Source: a phage. Taken from it: a DNA stretch of 64,000 nucleotides. The stretch lies in the NCBI GenBank assembly GCA_037574385.1, contig GCA_037574385.1_4529.1. One strand, written 5' to 3'. The notes beneath the pieces were generated by a model. It had not been told where the DNA came from and searched no databases. It saw only the letters and a list, made by a program, of their open reading frames with translations. This document shows positions 48,973 to 57,993 of the stretch, piece after piece. Numbering within the stretch: the first letter of the stretch is position 1; every line of letters begins with the position of its first letter. Both the position numbers and the translations under genes were made by a program.

Positions 48973-49396
48973 ATTTAAATTTAATTTTCTGAAGTGCATC
49001 AATTGCAGCCAAACGCCCTTGTTCACTTTTAACTGTAATGACCACATCGCCTGATACGATCACCGAACCATCAACAAATTCTATAGAGTCTTTTTTGAAA
49101 TCGACAGCTGTATCTGGTTCCGGAACTTCTTCAAAGAATTTAAATTCTGCACCATAAATCAGAATATCACCTTGCATACTATGAATAGTTCGGCCATAAT
49201 CGCCTACGGCTTCTACAGCAATCATTGAAACACCGTAACCAATCATCTCTTCCACAATAAAATCTTTAGACAATAAAGTAGTATGCAGATTAGTATTAAG
49301 ACGTTTACCAGTCGTATTAAGAATTCTCAAGAAATTATCTTCCTGTCCTTTGATAATACGGTATTTCTTGCCAATTTCAAAACCTTTAAAAGCCAT
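48971..49396 (-). CDS. Hypothetical protein
   Basis: 141-aa ORF. Confidence 0.5.
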   Translation of the reverse strand: MAFKGFEIGKKYRIIKGQEDNFLRILNTTGKRLNTNLHTTLLSKDFIVEEMIGYGVSMIAVEAVGDYGRTIHSMQGDILIYGAEFKFFEEVPEPDTAVDFKKDSIEFVDGSVIVSGDVVITVKSEQGRLAAIDALQKIKFK

Positions 49397-49401
49397 AATT
49401 A

Positions 49402-49578
49402 TCCCTTCTTAAGTAAGTCGTAAAAACCACCGTTCACATGTTTAGGAGCAGAAACCCGACGAGTAGACAGACGATGACATTCAGGGCAAACATCGTTTTC
49501 TCGTTCAGAAATCCTTTTAATTTTTTCATATTCATGACCACAATCTTCAGATTGACATTTATAGTCGTATAACGGCAT
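49402..49578 (-). CDS. FmdB-family zinc-ribbon protein (58 aa)
   Basis: Hand-called: MPLYDYKCQSEDCGHEYEKIKRISERENDVCPECHRLSTRRVSAPKHVNGGFYDLLKKG; CxxxC...CxxC pattern; SD AGGAAT upstream. Confidence 0.55.
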
Positions 49579-49580
49579 TA

Positions 49581-50009
49581 TTATTCCTTAAAATGTGTTT
49601 TCAACATTTGATACAAAGACCATGCCTGGTCGTTATTTTCGATAGTAATCGTCATCACCGGAAATTCGGTCAATTCATCAAGTTCTTCAGAGTCTTGCTC
49701 TTCAGACGCTTGATATGGATTTCCAACTTCATCAAAAAACTCTGCTTCACTAGTAGAGAGCCAGATAAAGTTTTCATCAAGAATATCACCACCAGTTGCG
49801 TATCCAACCATGCCAGTAGATGTCACAATTTTAGTAGGTCGACCAAGATGGTCAACATCTAATACTTTAAATGGTTCCATGCCAAGACGTCGTGCATAAA
49901 TCCCATTATCAGTGTGGTTTTTAATAAACTCTTCTTGGACACGTTTATCTTTAAATTGGTACCATGAGTTAACGCGGAATTTATTAGCCATTAGTAAGTT
50001 TCCTTCCAA
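49581..50009 (-). CDS. Hypothetical protein
   Basis: 142-aa ORF. Confidence 0.5.
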   Translation of the reverse strand: MEGNLLMANKFRVNSWYQFKDKRVQEEFIKNHTDNGIYARRLGMEPFKVLDVDHLGRPTKIVTSTGMVGYATGGDILDENFIWLSTSEAEFFDEVGNPYQASEEQDSEELDELTEFPVMTITIENNDQAWSLYQMLKTHFKE

Positions 50010-50263
50010 TAAGTTGTACCATTTTCAGTGATTTCACGGAAGATACCATAGATAGGCATTTCATCACCGAGTTTTTCGTAAACGTAAACCACTTCAGTGT
50101 AGCATAAAAATTCAGTCCAGTTTTTCTGTACAACAACTAAATCAGGATTAAACAGAACATCTTCAAACTCATCGATGTTTGAATCAGTAGTTACGTTTTT
50201 AATGATTTGACGTTTCATAATATTCTCCTCTTGTTTTGATAGGTCTATAGTATCATAGACCAT
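49991..50263 (-). CDS. Hypothetical protein
   Basis: 90-aa ORF with PeSL-type promoter upstream. Confidence 0.5.
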   Translation of the reverse strand: MVYDTIDLSKQEENIMKRQIIKNVTTDSNIDEFEDVLFNPDLVVVQKNWTEFLCYTEVVYVYEKLGDEMPIYGIFREITENGTTYWKETY

Positions 50264-50275
50264 AGTTGTTGTACA

Positions 50276-50800
50276 TCATTTTAGCAAAATAAAATCAACT
50301 TGTTCTGCCAATGAACGTCTGAACATTAATTGACAACTTCCGAGGATGAAATCAGGTGCTTCATAGACCGCGATGTAGTATCCTTTAGCTTTCAAGAGTT
50401 CAACATCTACCTGGTCATCAAACCATGCATAAACCGCGTCAACACTTTCAAATCCAAAATAGAACCCTTGAGCCCAATCTTCACTCAATTCAAATGTGTG
50501 CTCAATTCTATAGTATCTTAAGATATTTTGTTCAAGGAGTTTATCTTCATTTACTGTAGGACGATTAGGGACATTATAGTTGTCGCCGTGATGGTAGAAA
50601 TTACCTGAGAGTATTCCATGTTTATCAAGGAACTCCCATGTTTCTTCAGAGTTGTCGGTGCCCGACCAACCGTAAGGTGAGCGAGGTTCTTTATTCCAAG
50701 AGGTTTCCCAAATTCTGACGGCTTTACCGTCTTCGATGGCAATTCCTGGTAATGATTCACGTTGAGTACAAAAACTACGTTCTACGCGGTAAACTAACAT
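50276..50800 (-). CDS. Hypothetical protein
   Basis: 174-aa ORF with PeSL-type promoter upstream. Confidence 0.5.
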   Translation of the reverse strand: MLVYRVERSFCTQRESLPGIAIEDGKAVRIWETSWNKEPRSPYGWSGTDNSEETWEFLDKHGILSGNFYHHGDNYNVPNRPTVNEDKLLEQNILRYYRIEHTFELSEDWAQGFYFGFESVDAVYAWFDDQVDVELLKAKGYYIAVYEAPDFILGSCQLMFRRSLAEQVDFILLK

Positions 50801-50859
50801 ATTATTCTCCTCTGGTTGATACGGTTATAATATCAAAACCAGAGGAGAAGTAAACAACT
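50801..50859 (-). promoter_or_regulatory. Early promoter module with 11-bp inverted repeat pairing spacer to SD region
   Basis: GTTTACTTCTCCTCTGGTTTTGATATTATAACCGTATCAACCAGAGGAGAATATAATG; arms CTCCTCTGGTT / AACCAGAGGAG. Confidence 0.5.
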
Positions 50860-51279
50860 TTATGCGAAAGCAGCCGGGCTATATTTTTTAATTTGGAATT
50901 CAGGAACTACCATGAACTGACCAGCGAAAACGATGTTATAAAGCTTAACACCATCTTCTACCCAACGGTCGCTAATAAATCCGGCGATTTGCTTAGTTTT
51001 CCATGGCGTTCCATCGGTTGCCGCAGCAATAGTGAATTCGTGGTCTTTTTCAACAGAAACTGATCTGCATAGTCCCCATTTGAACGCTTTTTCTTCTGGT
51101 TCAATGAATTGGCTTGAGACGTAGCCAATGTTGCCATCAGCATCACGAACTTTAACTTGATGTGGACTAAAGAGTCCACAACTTACAGAAAGAACTTCAA
51201 CCAACTTCCCAGCAACTTTAGAGCGAGAAGCAACAGATACATATACGTAATCACCAATAGAGAGATTTGCAATATTCAT
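50860..51279 (-). CDS. Hypothetical protein, paralog family member 1
   Basis: 139 aa; shares N-terminal SRSKVAGKLVEV and C-terminal GFISDRWVEDGVKLYNIVFAGQFMVVPE with the next two genes. Confidence 0.55.
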   Translation of the reverse strand: MNIANLSIGDYVYVSVASRSKVAGKLVEVLSVSCGLFSPHQVKVRDADGNIGYVSSQFIEPEEKAFKWGLCRSVSVEKDHEFTIAAATDGTPWKTKQIAGFISDRWVEDGVKLYNIVFAGQFMVVPEFQIKKYSPAAFA

Positions 51280-51288
51280 AATAATTCC

Positions 51289-51774
51289 TTAAGCTTTACG
51301 AGGAGACACATAACGAGTGATTTCGGATTCTTTAACAACTCTGAAGTCACCTAAGAATACGATATTGTATAACTTTTCACCATCTTCAACCCATTGGTCA
51401 CTAATGAAGCCACACATAGTATCAGTTTTGCTTGGATAACCGTATTCATCGATGAAGTCAAATTCTTTATCAGTCTGGAATTCAACGCCTTTGCAAAGGG
51501 CCCATTTGAACTGTACATTATGCTCTGTGGATTCAACTTTTTCTCTTGAAGCAAAAGCACTACTCACAGGCGTTTCCAAGAACTTTGCACGAACATAAGC
51601 AAATTTGGTTTCCTGTGTCCCAAAACTAGGAATAATACGAACCTTTACCTCAGAATCTTCATCTTTAACGCCTTCTTTAAGTTGAATACTTACAACTTCG
51701 ACCAATTTTCCTGCGGCTTTAGAACGAGATTTGTTAGATACGCGAACGATTTCACCAATAATACCAAGATTCAT
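51289..51774 (-). CDS. Hypothetical protein, paralog family member 2
   Basis: Tracked ORF 51289..51837 over-extended; probable start MNLGIIGE at about 51774; shares SRSKAAGKLVEV and GFISDQWVEDGEKLYNIVFLGDFRVVKE. Confidence 0.5.
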   Translation of the reverse strand: MNLGIIGEIVRVSNKSRSKAAGKLVEVVSIQLKEGVKDEDSEVKVRIIPSFGTQETKFAYVRAKFLETPVSSAFASREKVESTEHNVQFKWALCKGVEFQTDKEFDFIDEYGYPSKTDTMCGFISDQWVEDGEKLYNIVFLGDFRVVKESEITRYVSPRKA

Positions 51775-51836
51775 AATTTCTCTCTCTTTGTTTAAATTGA
51801 ATTCATTATACTCCATCCATCCTTGGATGTACAACA

Positions 51837-52331
51837 TTAATTAAGGATATTAACCACAGCACTACGTGGAACTACACTAAAATCACCTGCATGAACAACG
51901 TTCAGAAGTTCAACACCGTCTTCAATCCACTGGTCAGTTACCCATCCATTTACTGGACCTGCGAAAGGACGTCGAATTGAAACATATTTACACAGCAAAT
52001 CAGTAGGCTCAATAGGCTTAATCAGAGTACCGTACATACAAGCGATATCCATATCAATACAGATGTCTTTAACGGGTTCTACTTCTTCAATCAACAGTTC
52101 AAAGTCTGTGCTTGGAAGGGCGGTAGTGGAAATTGTACCATATGAATTTTTAATTTCTAAGAATAACCAAGGGCCTTCAGCTTGTTTGATGAAGTTAACA
52201 ATAGTGAAACTATTGCCTTGAGTGGCACCTAAAATTTCACAAAACTTTTCGTAAGCTCGCACTGAAGCACTGTACCAGTTGATTTGTTTTTCGTCTTTCA
52301 GGATGTAAGTAGCCGTAGTATTGATATTCAT
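51837..52331 (-). CDS. Hypothetical protein, paralog family member 3 (divergent)
   Basis: 164 aa; C-terminal GWVTDQWIEDGVELLNVVHAGDFSVVPR aligns with members 1 and 2. Confidence 0.5.
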   Translation of the reverse strand: MNINTTATYILKDEKQINWYSASVRAYEKFCEILGATQGNSFTIVNFIKQAEGPWLFLEIKNSYGTISTTALPSTDFELLIEEVEPVKDICIDMDIACMYGTLIKPIEPTDLLCKYVSIRRPFAGPVNGWVTDQWIEDGVELLNVVHAGDFSVVPRSAVVNILN

Positions 52332-52397
52332 AATGTTTTTCCTGTTTGGTTAAGATAGAAAGATTATACTCCAACCATCCTTGGTTGTAAACTGATT

Positions 52398-53075
52398 TTA
52401 TCGCTGTTTTACACTTAACGGGTCAGGATTCTCAGGGACATCTTCAAGGCCAAGCGCATAACGCTGAGCATATTTTAACATCAAAATATCTTTAGCACAA
52501 TCATGAATACTATCATGGGCAATGAATCCTTTTAGCGTACCCATAGGTAATGGACACATACTTAATCCTCGCGTCAACGAGTAAGCTTCGATTGCCGTAC
52601 GAATATCGCGTTGAGCCCAGAATTTAACCGGTTCTAATTTATCAGTATCAATATCTGGTTCAAGAACACCTTCATCACGATAGAGGTCACGAATCAAATC
52701 GACCAAGATCGGGAAGTCAAAGCTCATACCACGGCACCACATCTGTGATTTCCATTGGTCAACTTTATTAGCTCGACAATAATCTAAAAAGATTTTAATG
52801 CCTTCAAGCGTAGTGACATCGTCTTCAGACGGAGCCAGGTTTTTACGTGCTTCTGCTGATTGTTCTTTCCACCATTTCATAGTGGATTTAGCGAAAACTC
52901 GCTTCCCTTTTTGAGAAGCTAAATTAAATTTAATTCGCTTACCTCGTTGAACAAGTTCTTCAAATGTTTCAACAACTTCAGGGTCCGAATTATATGCAAT
53001 AACCGCAAGGTCAATAACAGCCGCTTTTGATGTATTGCCGAATGTTTCAAAATCTATAATAACATCAGTGCTCAT
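52398..53075 (-). CDS. dexA: Exonuclease A (DEDD 3'-5' exonuclease)
   Basis: 225 aa (T4 DexA 227 aa); Exo I motif VIIDFETFG; immediately upstream of dda as in T4. Confidence 0.7.
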   Translation of the reverse strand: MSTDVIIDFETFGNTSKAAVIDLAVIAYNSDPEVVETFEELVQRGKRIKFNLASQKGKRVFAKSTMKWWKEQSAEARKNLAPSEDDVTTLEGIKIFLDYCRANKVDQWKSQMWCRGMSFDFPILVDLIRDLYRDEGVLEPDIDTDKLEPVKFWAQRDIRTAIEAYSLTRGLSMCPLPMGTLKGFIAHDSIHDCAKDILMLKYAQRYALGLEDVPENPDPLSVKQR

Positions 53076-53084
53076 AATTTTCTC

Positions 53085-54398
53085 TCAAATAAAATGGACG
53101 TCAAAACGACCACGAGTCGTGCCGACATACAATAACTGTTTAGCTAATTCTGAATCGGCATAATGGATACAAGGTGTATAAACAAAGGCTGTGTCAACAG
53201 ACATACCCTGAGCCTTATGGAAGGTTGATACTGGTAGTGCCTTCACCTTAGTGAACATACGTTTAGCATCCCAGAATTCGCTCCATGGAGCTTTACCACC
53301 TTTATTCCAGAATTTGTATGTTTCTGCAGTCTTAGCCAAAAACAAATTGAATTTATAAAGCTCTTCTTCAGAAGAAATAACCTTTATATCTTCGCGGATG
53401 TATTCTTCATCATCCCCATATGTTTCTACTGTAAGATTCCAGTATCGTATCATATACTCGCCAGAAACACCACGTGCTTTAACGAATGTAGACGTTTCTA
53501 CAGCATCTCGAATACGAACGAATTGCCCGTTATTGAAAAGCATTTCGGTCATATTTTTGCCATCTAGCTTATATGTCTTAGTAAATGGCTCTTGTAGAAC
53601 AATGACCTCGTCTTTAATAAATGGCTTTTCTGTTTCAAGAAGTTTTCGGCGAATAATTGAATTCAACTTATCCACCGACTTATTTGTGAATGCCATCATT
53701 CGATTTTCGAAAAGGTCTTCAGGAGTTTTAACGACGTTAAAATAGTTCATCATATACGATTTAAGGTCTGTATATCCATGAACACCGTGCCCATCAACTA
53801 CTTTATCATAAATCCATTTGCCATTACGAATATCGGTCGCAACATCAATAATTGGTGCATTGCTACGTTTAACTTCTGTAAGGTTGCATTGCACGAAGTC
53901 TTTGTGAGTGAAGAAAGGACTTAGATACGCAGTTGATTCGCCGGGGTCCACTGGACGAATCTGACATCGGTCACCAATTCCAATTACTGTACACCATTTA
54001 GGGATACTAGCTAACATTATTTTAAACAGAGAACGGTCACACATTGACGCTTCATCAAATAACAGTACACGACACAAGGCTAAGTCGGGAACCTTTTTCT
54101 GTTCAAATAATACGTTTTCTTCGTATGTAGTTGGGTTGATTTTAAGAATGCTATGAATAGTCGATGCTTCTTGTCCAGCAAGTTTGCTTAGAACCTTTTT
54201 AGCAGCGTGTGTTGGTGCTGCTAAAATAATACCTGATTCTCCAGAAGAAATAAGGGCTTCAACGATGAATCTAGTAAGGGTTGTTTTACCTGTACCCGCA
54301 GGTCCATTAATAGTTACGTGATGTTTCTTTTCTTTAATAGCTTTCATAACAACGTTGAAGGCGTTTTTCTGGCCTTCAGTCAAGTCATCAAATGTCAT
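53085..54398 (-). CDS. dda: Dda DNA helicase (SF1B)
   Basis: 437 aa (T4 Dda 439 aa); Walker A GPAGTGKTT; near-identical N-terminus MTFDDLTEGQKNAFN.VMKAIKEKKHHVTINGPAGTGKTTLT. Confidence 0.9.
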   Translation of the reverse strand: MTFDDLTEGQKNAFNVVMKAIKEKKHHVTINGPAGTGKTTLTRFIVEALISSGESGIILAAPTHAAKKVLSKLAGQEASTIHSILKINPTTYEENVLFEQKKVPDLALCRVLLFDEASMCDRSLFKIMLASIPKWCTVIGIGDRCQIRPVDPGESTAYLSPFFTHKDFVQCNLTEVKRSNAPIIDVATDIRNGKWIYDKVVDGHGVHGYTDLKSYMMNYFNVVKTPEDLFENRMMAFTNKSVDKLNSIIRRKLLETEKPFIKDEVIVLQEPFTKTYKLDGKNMTEMLFNNGQFVRIRDAVETSTFVKARGVSGEYMIRYWNLTVETYGDDEEYIREDIKVISSEEELYKFNLFLAKTAETYKFWNKGGKAPWSEFWDAKRMFTKVKALPVSTFHKAQGMSVDTAFVYTPCIHYADSELAKQLLYVGTTRGRFDVHFI

Positions 54399-54706
54399 CG
54401 TAAAGTCCCTGCAATTGGAATACTAACAATACGGCCAGTATCTAGAATTCGTTGATACAATCTTTGCGTCTCTGCATCTAGTTTAACGTGTTTCATTTCA
54501 AGCTTATTAAACCAGAACTTACGCGGAGTTTCGACCATTCTTAGAACTCCCATTTTTAAATCTGTTTTATACTGTGTTTTCAAAGTATCGAAAACTTTAT
54601 CTGCAATATCCTTTCTAAAAAATACTGCAGGACGATATTCATCAAGAGGAACCGGGACAGTAAATCCTTCCATATCTCGATAAACTATTGCATATACATA
54701 AACCAT
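54395..54706 (-). CDS. Hypothetical protein (dda.1 position)
   Basis: 103-aa ORF, 4-nt overlap with dda. Confidence 0.5.
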   Translation of the reverse strand: MVYVYAIVYRDMEGFTVPVPLDEYRPAVFFRKDIADKVFDTLKTQYKTDLKMGVLRMVETPRKFWFNKLEMKHVKLDAETQRLYQRILDTGRIVSIPIAGTLR

Positions 54707-54708
54707 AA

Positions 54709-55455
54709 TTAACCTTTAACCAATTGGAATAATGATGCGCTAAGTGGTAAGCCACGTTTCAATTTTAATTTACCAATGAAACCAATCTTTTCAAAACGTT
54801 GCAAACCTTGGATAACTTTATCATATGTATCGAAAAGCGATTCAGCGTCAGTTAATTTAGTTTTAGTTTTCCAGTCAGAGCCTTTAAGAAGAACGTTGAG
54901 TTTAGTAAGTTCATGGCCTTCTGCTTGGTGTGAACCATTAATGCGTGCTTTCAAAGCAACAATTCTAAGTTTAGATTCGTTAGATAAAGGTTGATTTTTC
55001 ATCATGTTCGCCATATGCTTAACACGATTTTCACGTTTTGCTCGGATTTTTAAAATAGTACCATAAACCTTTTTAATTTGGGCCCATTTCTTCTCGTCGA
55101 GATTAAGTTTCTCTACTTTACGGACAGAAGGATTAGCGATACGTCTTGCAATGGCATCACGTTTCTCAATAAGTTCTTCTAATGTTAAATCAGAACGAGC
55201 CGTGTTATATTTTTTCTTAACTGGGATAACATTACCTTTAATGTAGCCGATATCGTTATCAAAACGTTCTAAGGATAATTTCTCACCTTCAACAGAGTTA
55301 TTGAAAGATTCACCTGAGTAAGCGCAGACCTTTTGATCAAGAATGTTTTTAAGGTAATTAAAGTCTAAGTTAAAATCCTTAGAGCGTCTCTTCGCAGAAG
55401 CTCTGGTGTGGTCAAGACGACGATTGATTTTGTTAATTTTATTATTTGATAACAT
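54709..55455 (-). CDS. Hypothetical basic protein; positional candidate for Srd
   Basis: 248 aa; lies between dda and the Mod ADP-ribosyltransferase where T4 has srd; contains a Cys/His-bearing segment (CAYSGESF ... ERFDNDIGYIKGNV). Identity by position only. Confidence 0.35.
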   Translation of the reverse strand: MLSNNKINKINRRLDHTRASAKRRSKDFNLDFNYLKNILDQKVCAYSGESFNNSVEGEKLSLERFDNDIGYIKGNVIPVKKKYNTARSDLTLEELIEKRDAIARRIANPSVRKVEKLNLDEKKWAQIKKVYGTILKIRAKRENRVKHMANMMKNQPLSNESKLRIVALKARINGSHQAEGHELTKLNVLLKGSDWKTKTKLTDAESLFDTYDKVIQGLQRFEKIGFIGKLKLKRGLPLSASLFQLVKG

Positions 55456-55608
55456 AATATTTTCCTCTGTCTTACGGACGTTAGGTCATTTAGCTGATAA
55501 GCTTATAATATCATGCCCTCAGGTAGTGTACACTCTTTTTTTCGTAAAATGCTTTAATTTTTTATGTGTTATAATGGTTCTGAGTTCCATCCGGTTATTC
55601 CAATCCAG

Positions 55609-56217
55609 TCAGTAACTGACAATAGTCAGATTCCAGATTGTATAATTTCCATCTTGAATAATAGAATCTACACGCAGTGTAGTCCCTATAGGGAGCATAA
55701 ATTCACATTCGTCAGATATAAGTCTAGCATTAGACCGTCTTGTCGCTTCAGGGAAAGCTCCATTGAACTCACAAGACGGCGCAGCCAGAATCATATTAAG
55801 CATATGTTCACGGAAGTTGAAAGCAAATGGTGCATCTTTGATGCAGAACATATTAAATGTTCCATAAAAATTATATGAAGCAAAGTTACGTGCTACACCG
55901 AACACCGGGCTGAAGCTCATTACTCTGTCAAATTTAATAATACTACCAACGCCTTTATCATCAAGTGTGGCCATAGTTTTCTTAGAGATTCCACGATACA
56001 TTGTCTCAGGAACAGAAGACGACCAATTTCTACGAACAATTGCACTTAAATCTTGTTGGATGCTATCAGGCTTGTTTTCCATACACTGCCACAGTATACT
56101 TTGTTCAATGTCGCTGAATTGACTATCAATTTCGTACTGCAATACATCTTGATATTCGGGGTTTTGAGCACGACGAACCATTTCTTCAATTTCACACTCG
56201 TTATACGGCATAAACAT
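55609..56217 (-). CDS. Mod-type ADP-ribosyltransferase (ModA/ModB family)
   Basis: 202 aa (T4 ModA 200 aa, ModB 207 aa); ART R-S-E signature: YRGIS, SFSPVFG, and E-x-E (DECEF). Only one copy is present. Confidence 0.7.
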   Translation of the reverse strand: MFMPYNECEIEEMVRRAQNPEYQDVLQYEIDSQFSDIEQSILWQCMENKPDSIQQDLSAIVRRNWSSSVPETMYRGISKKTMATLDDKGVGSIIKFDRVMSFSPVFGVARNFASYNFYGTFNMFCIKDAPFAFNFREHMLNMILAAPSCEFNGAFPEATRRSNARLISDECEFMLPIGTTLRVDSIIQDGNYTIWNLTIVSY

Positions 56218-56274
56218 TTAGGTTTCTCCTGTGGTTGATAAAGGTATAGTATCATCGTCGGTAGAGTTTGTACA

Positions 56275-56409
56275 CTAAAAATTCAACATTTTCAAATGAA
56301 TGATTTTGTATAATCGAGATAAAGGGTCATATTCTAAGTCTTCAATTTCCACAATCTCAAATCTAGAGATACTTGAGACCATGTACTCTTGTTCAGATTG
56401 ACATGTCAT
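56275..56409 (-). CDS. Small protein (44 aa)
   Basis: Hand-called: MTCQSEQEYMVSSISRFEIVEIEDLEYDPLSRLYKIIHLKMLNF; strong SD TGGAGGT and PeSL-type promoter (GTTTAC-N17-TATGAT) directly upstream. Confidence 0.45.
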   Translation of the reverse strand: MTCQSEQEYMVSSISRFEIVEIEDLEYDPLSRLYKIIHLKMLNF

Positions 56410-56419
56410 GATAGACCTC

Positions 56420-56466
56420 CATTTAAAGATAAGCCTATCATAACACGAGAGGAGGGAATGTAAACT
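56420..56466 (-). promoter_or_regulatory. Early promoter module upstream of 44-aa ORF
   Basis: GTTTACATTCCCTCCTCTCGTGTTATGATAGGC...GGAGGTCTATCATG. Confidence 0.45.
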
Positions 56467-56629
56467 ACTTTTTAAGCTTTCCGACTAAAGGTCCATCAGG
56501 GCCAGGTTGTTCTAACATGAATGGTGATGCTTTAAGAAGCAATGCCAACCCTTTCACCATTCGATACCATATCTCAAAGTCCTTTTTCTTGGTTTCCACT
56601 AAGAATTGCTCTTTCAAATGCTCTTTCAT
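56462..56629 (-). CDS. Small protein (55 aa)
   Basis: Hand-called: MKEHLKEQFLVETKKKDFEIWYRMVKGLALLLKASPFMLEQPGPDGPLVGKLKK; ATGA overlap with upstream ORF stop; SD GGAG. Confidence 0.4.
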
Positions 56630-56817
56630 TTCCAAGGACTCCACGGTGGTGGGTCGTCATAATAAGAGGCAAGGTCTTTCAGGGCTTCAACAGGTAAACT
56701 AAAGCCATGTCGTTGTATAATACTATCTAGTTCATCAACAAGTTCACTACGATGCACTTTAGGAGCCTCAACTTCAGGCTCATCAAACATACTCATCAAG
56801 TCCATATTATTCACCAA
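56626..56817 (-). CDS. Hypothetical protein
   Basis: 63-aa acidic ORF. Confidence 0.45.
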   Translation of the reverse strand: MVNNMDLMSMFDEPEVEAPKVHRSELVDELDSIIQRHGFSLPVEALKDLASYYDDPPPWSPWK

Positions 56818-57271
56818 GATAAAAACTAGCCGGTTCAGAGAATGTTTCTAGTGCTACACCTTTTGTCTTAAAAAATTTCCAAATAGCTCGTTGCAAATGG
56901 GTTAAATCTGCTAATGATGTAATAAAGTATTTTTTGGCAAAATACTTATGGTCTCGCTTTTCAAACAGGTCTAAACGCTTTTCAGGATTCACATAAACGG
57001 CATTTTCTGTAGATTCATACCCTAAATCCTTTATGCCTTCTTCAAGACTAAACGGAGAATTTTTAGAATGAGTAATAGCTCCAACTCGCTCTACACGAAT
57101 TTTGTAACCTTTAGGAATCTGCAATTTGCAGAATTCTTCTACGATATATTGCGGATTATTTAGACTTTTGTTAATGAGAATAGCTATTTCTAGCGGAGTC
57201 TTATCTTCTACTGGTATATGTTTAAACGACTTGGCTTCAAGCAAATACATTTTAAATAGCATAGCATCCAT
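56807..57271 (-). CDS. Hypothetical protein
   Basis: 154-aa ORF in the mod-soc interval. Confidence 0.5.
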   Translation of the reverse strand: MDAMLFKMYLLEAKSFKHIPVEDKTPLEIAILINKSLNNPQYIVEEFCKLQIPKGYKIRVERVGAITHSKNSPFSLEEGIKDLGYESTENAVYVNPEKRLDLFEKRDHKYFAKKYFITSLADLTHLQRAIWKFFKTKGVALETFSEPASFYLGE

Positions 57272-57477
57272 TATAATTTCCTCAATGGTTCACCCATATA
57301 AAGTTTTACAATACGTTCGCCTTCATCTTCGACGAGCTTTTCTTCATGTTTCTGGAATTCTTTAGCCATATTCTCTTCAAGAACATCCAGCCAATCTTCT
57401 GGACCGACTCCATCATTCAAGCTTTTAAACCATTTTACTATTCTGTTCATTCGCAGCTCCCTGAGCTTGAACCACAA
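57271..57477 (-). CDS. Hypothetical protein
   Basis: 68-aa tracked ORF; true start may be internal Met (MNRIVKWF) at about 57450. Confidence 0.4.
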   Translation of the reverse strand: MWFKLRELRMNRIVKWFKSLNDGVGPEDWLDVLEENMAKEFQKHEEKLVEDEGERIVKLYMGEPLRKL

Positions 57478-57770
57478 TCAGAATAACTTGACCCAGAATC
57501 ACCAGGCCAAGACGATACGTATGAATGATTATAACTTGAAGAGCTTGAAGCATTAACCTGTTTTGTTTTTGGACGAATAACTTCTTCCATCATTCCGTCA
57601 CCGATATATTCCCAACTTTTTTCGTGTGTATCAGGAATAGGCATCATACCTTCGCCTGGTTTAACAGCAAATAACTTCTTCAGTATCGTAAGCATTAATT
57701 GTTCCTCGAACAAAACGAACACCACCATCATCCCAACGGATTTCGGCATTAAATTTGACGTCTTCACCAT
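57447..57770 (-). CDS. Hypothetical Ser-rich protein
   Basis: Tracked 107-aa ORF overlaps 57661..57888; likely starts at an internal Met (about 57647). C-terminus is Ser-rich (SSSSSYNHSYVSSWPGDSGSSYSDCGSSSGSCE). Confidence 0.35.
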   Translation of the reverse strand: MVKTSNLMPKSVGMMVVFVLFEEQLMLTILKKLFAVKPGEGMMPIPDTHEKSWEYIGDGMMEEVIRPKTKQVNASSSSSYNHSYVSSWPGDSGSSYSDCGSSSGSCE

Positions 57771-57888
57771 CCATCATGAATGAGTGTACGACTACATCAT
57801 CGTAATATCCAAGACCGTATTTCAACGAAACTTCTTGAGCAATCAAAGCACCTAATGTGTTATTAGGTTTAATCCAACGATTTAACAT
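57661..57888 (-). CDS. Hypothetical protein
   Basis: 75-aa ORF with PeSL-type promoter and SD AGAGGAGAA upstream. Confidence 0.5.
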   Translation of the reverse strand: MLNRWIKPNNTLGALIAQEVSLKYGLGYYDDVVVHSFMMDGEDVKFNAEIRWDDGGVRFVRGTINAYDTEEVICC

Positions 57889-57954
57889 ATTGTTCTCCTC
57901 TTGAGTAGGTAAGAATATCTTAACACAGTTTTTAGTGGTTGTAAACTCTAGAAA

Positions 57955-57985
57955 CGAAAAAAAAAAGGAATCCCGAAGGATTCCT
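57955..57985 (-). terminator. Strong intrinsic terminator after soc
   Basis: AGGAAUCC-UUCG-GGAUUCCU (8-bp stem) followed by a 10-nt U-tract. Confidence 0.7.
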
Positions 57986-57993
57986 TAAATTAT

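Noticed and set aside
54709-55455. HNH-endonuclease assignment for the 248-aa protein
   Set aside because: Only a loose Cys/His/Asn-containing segment; no clear HNH or zinc-finger spacing. Kept as a hypothetical at the srd position.
55564-55878. + strand ORF 55564..55878 with apparent extended -10 (TGTTATAAT)
   Set aside because: The putative -10 lies inside the ORF itself and the ORF is antisense to the mod gene; treated as chance.
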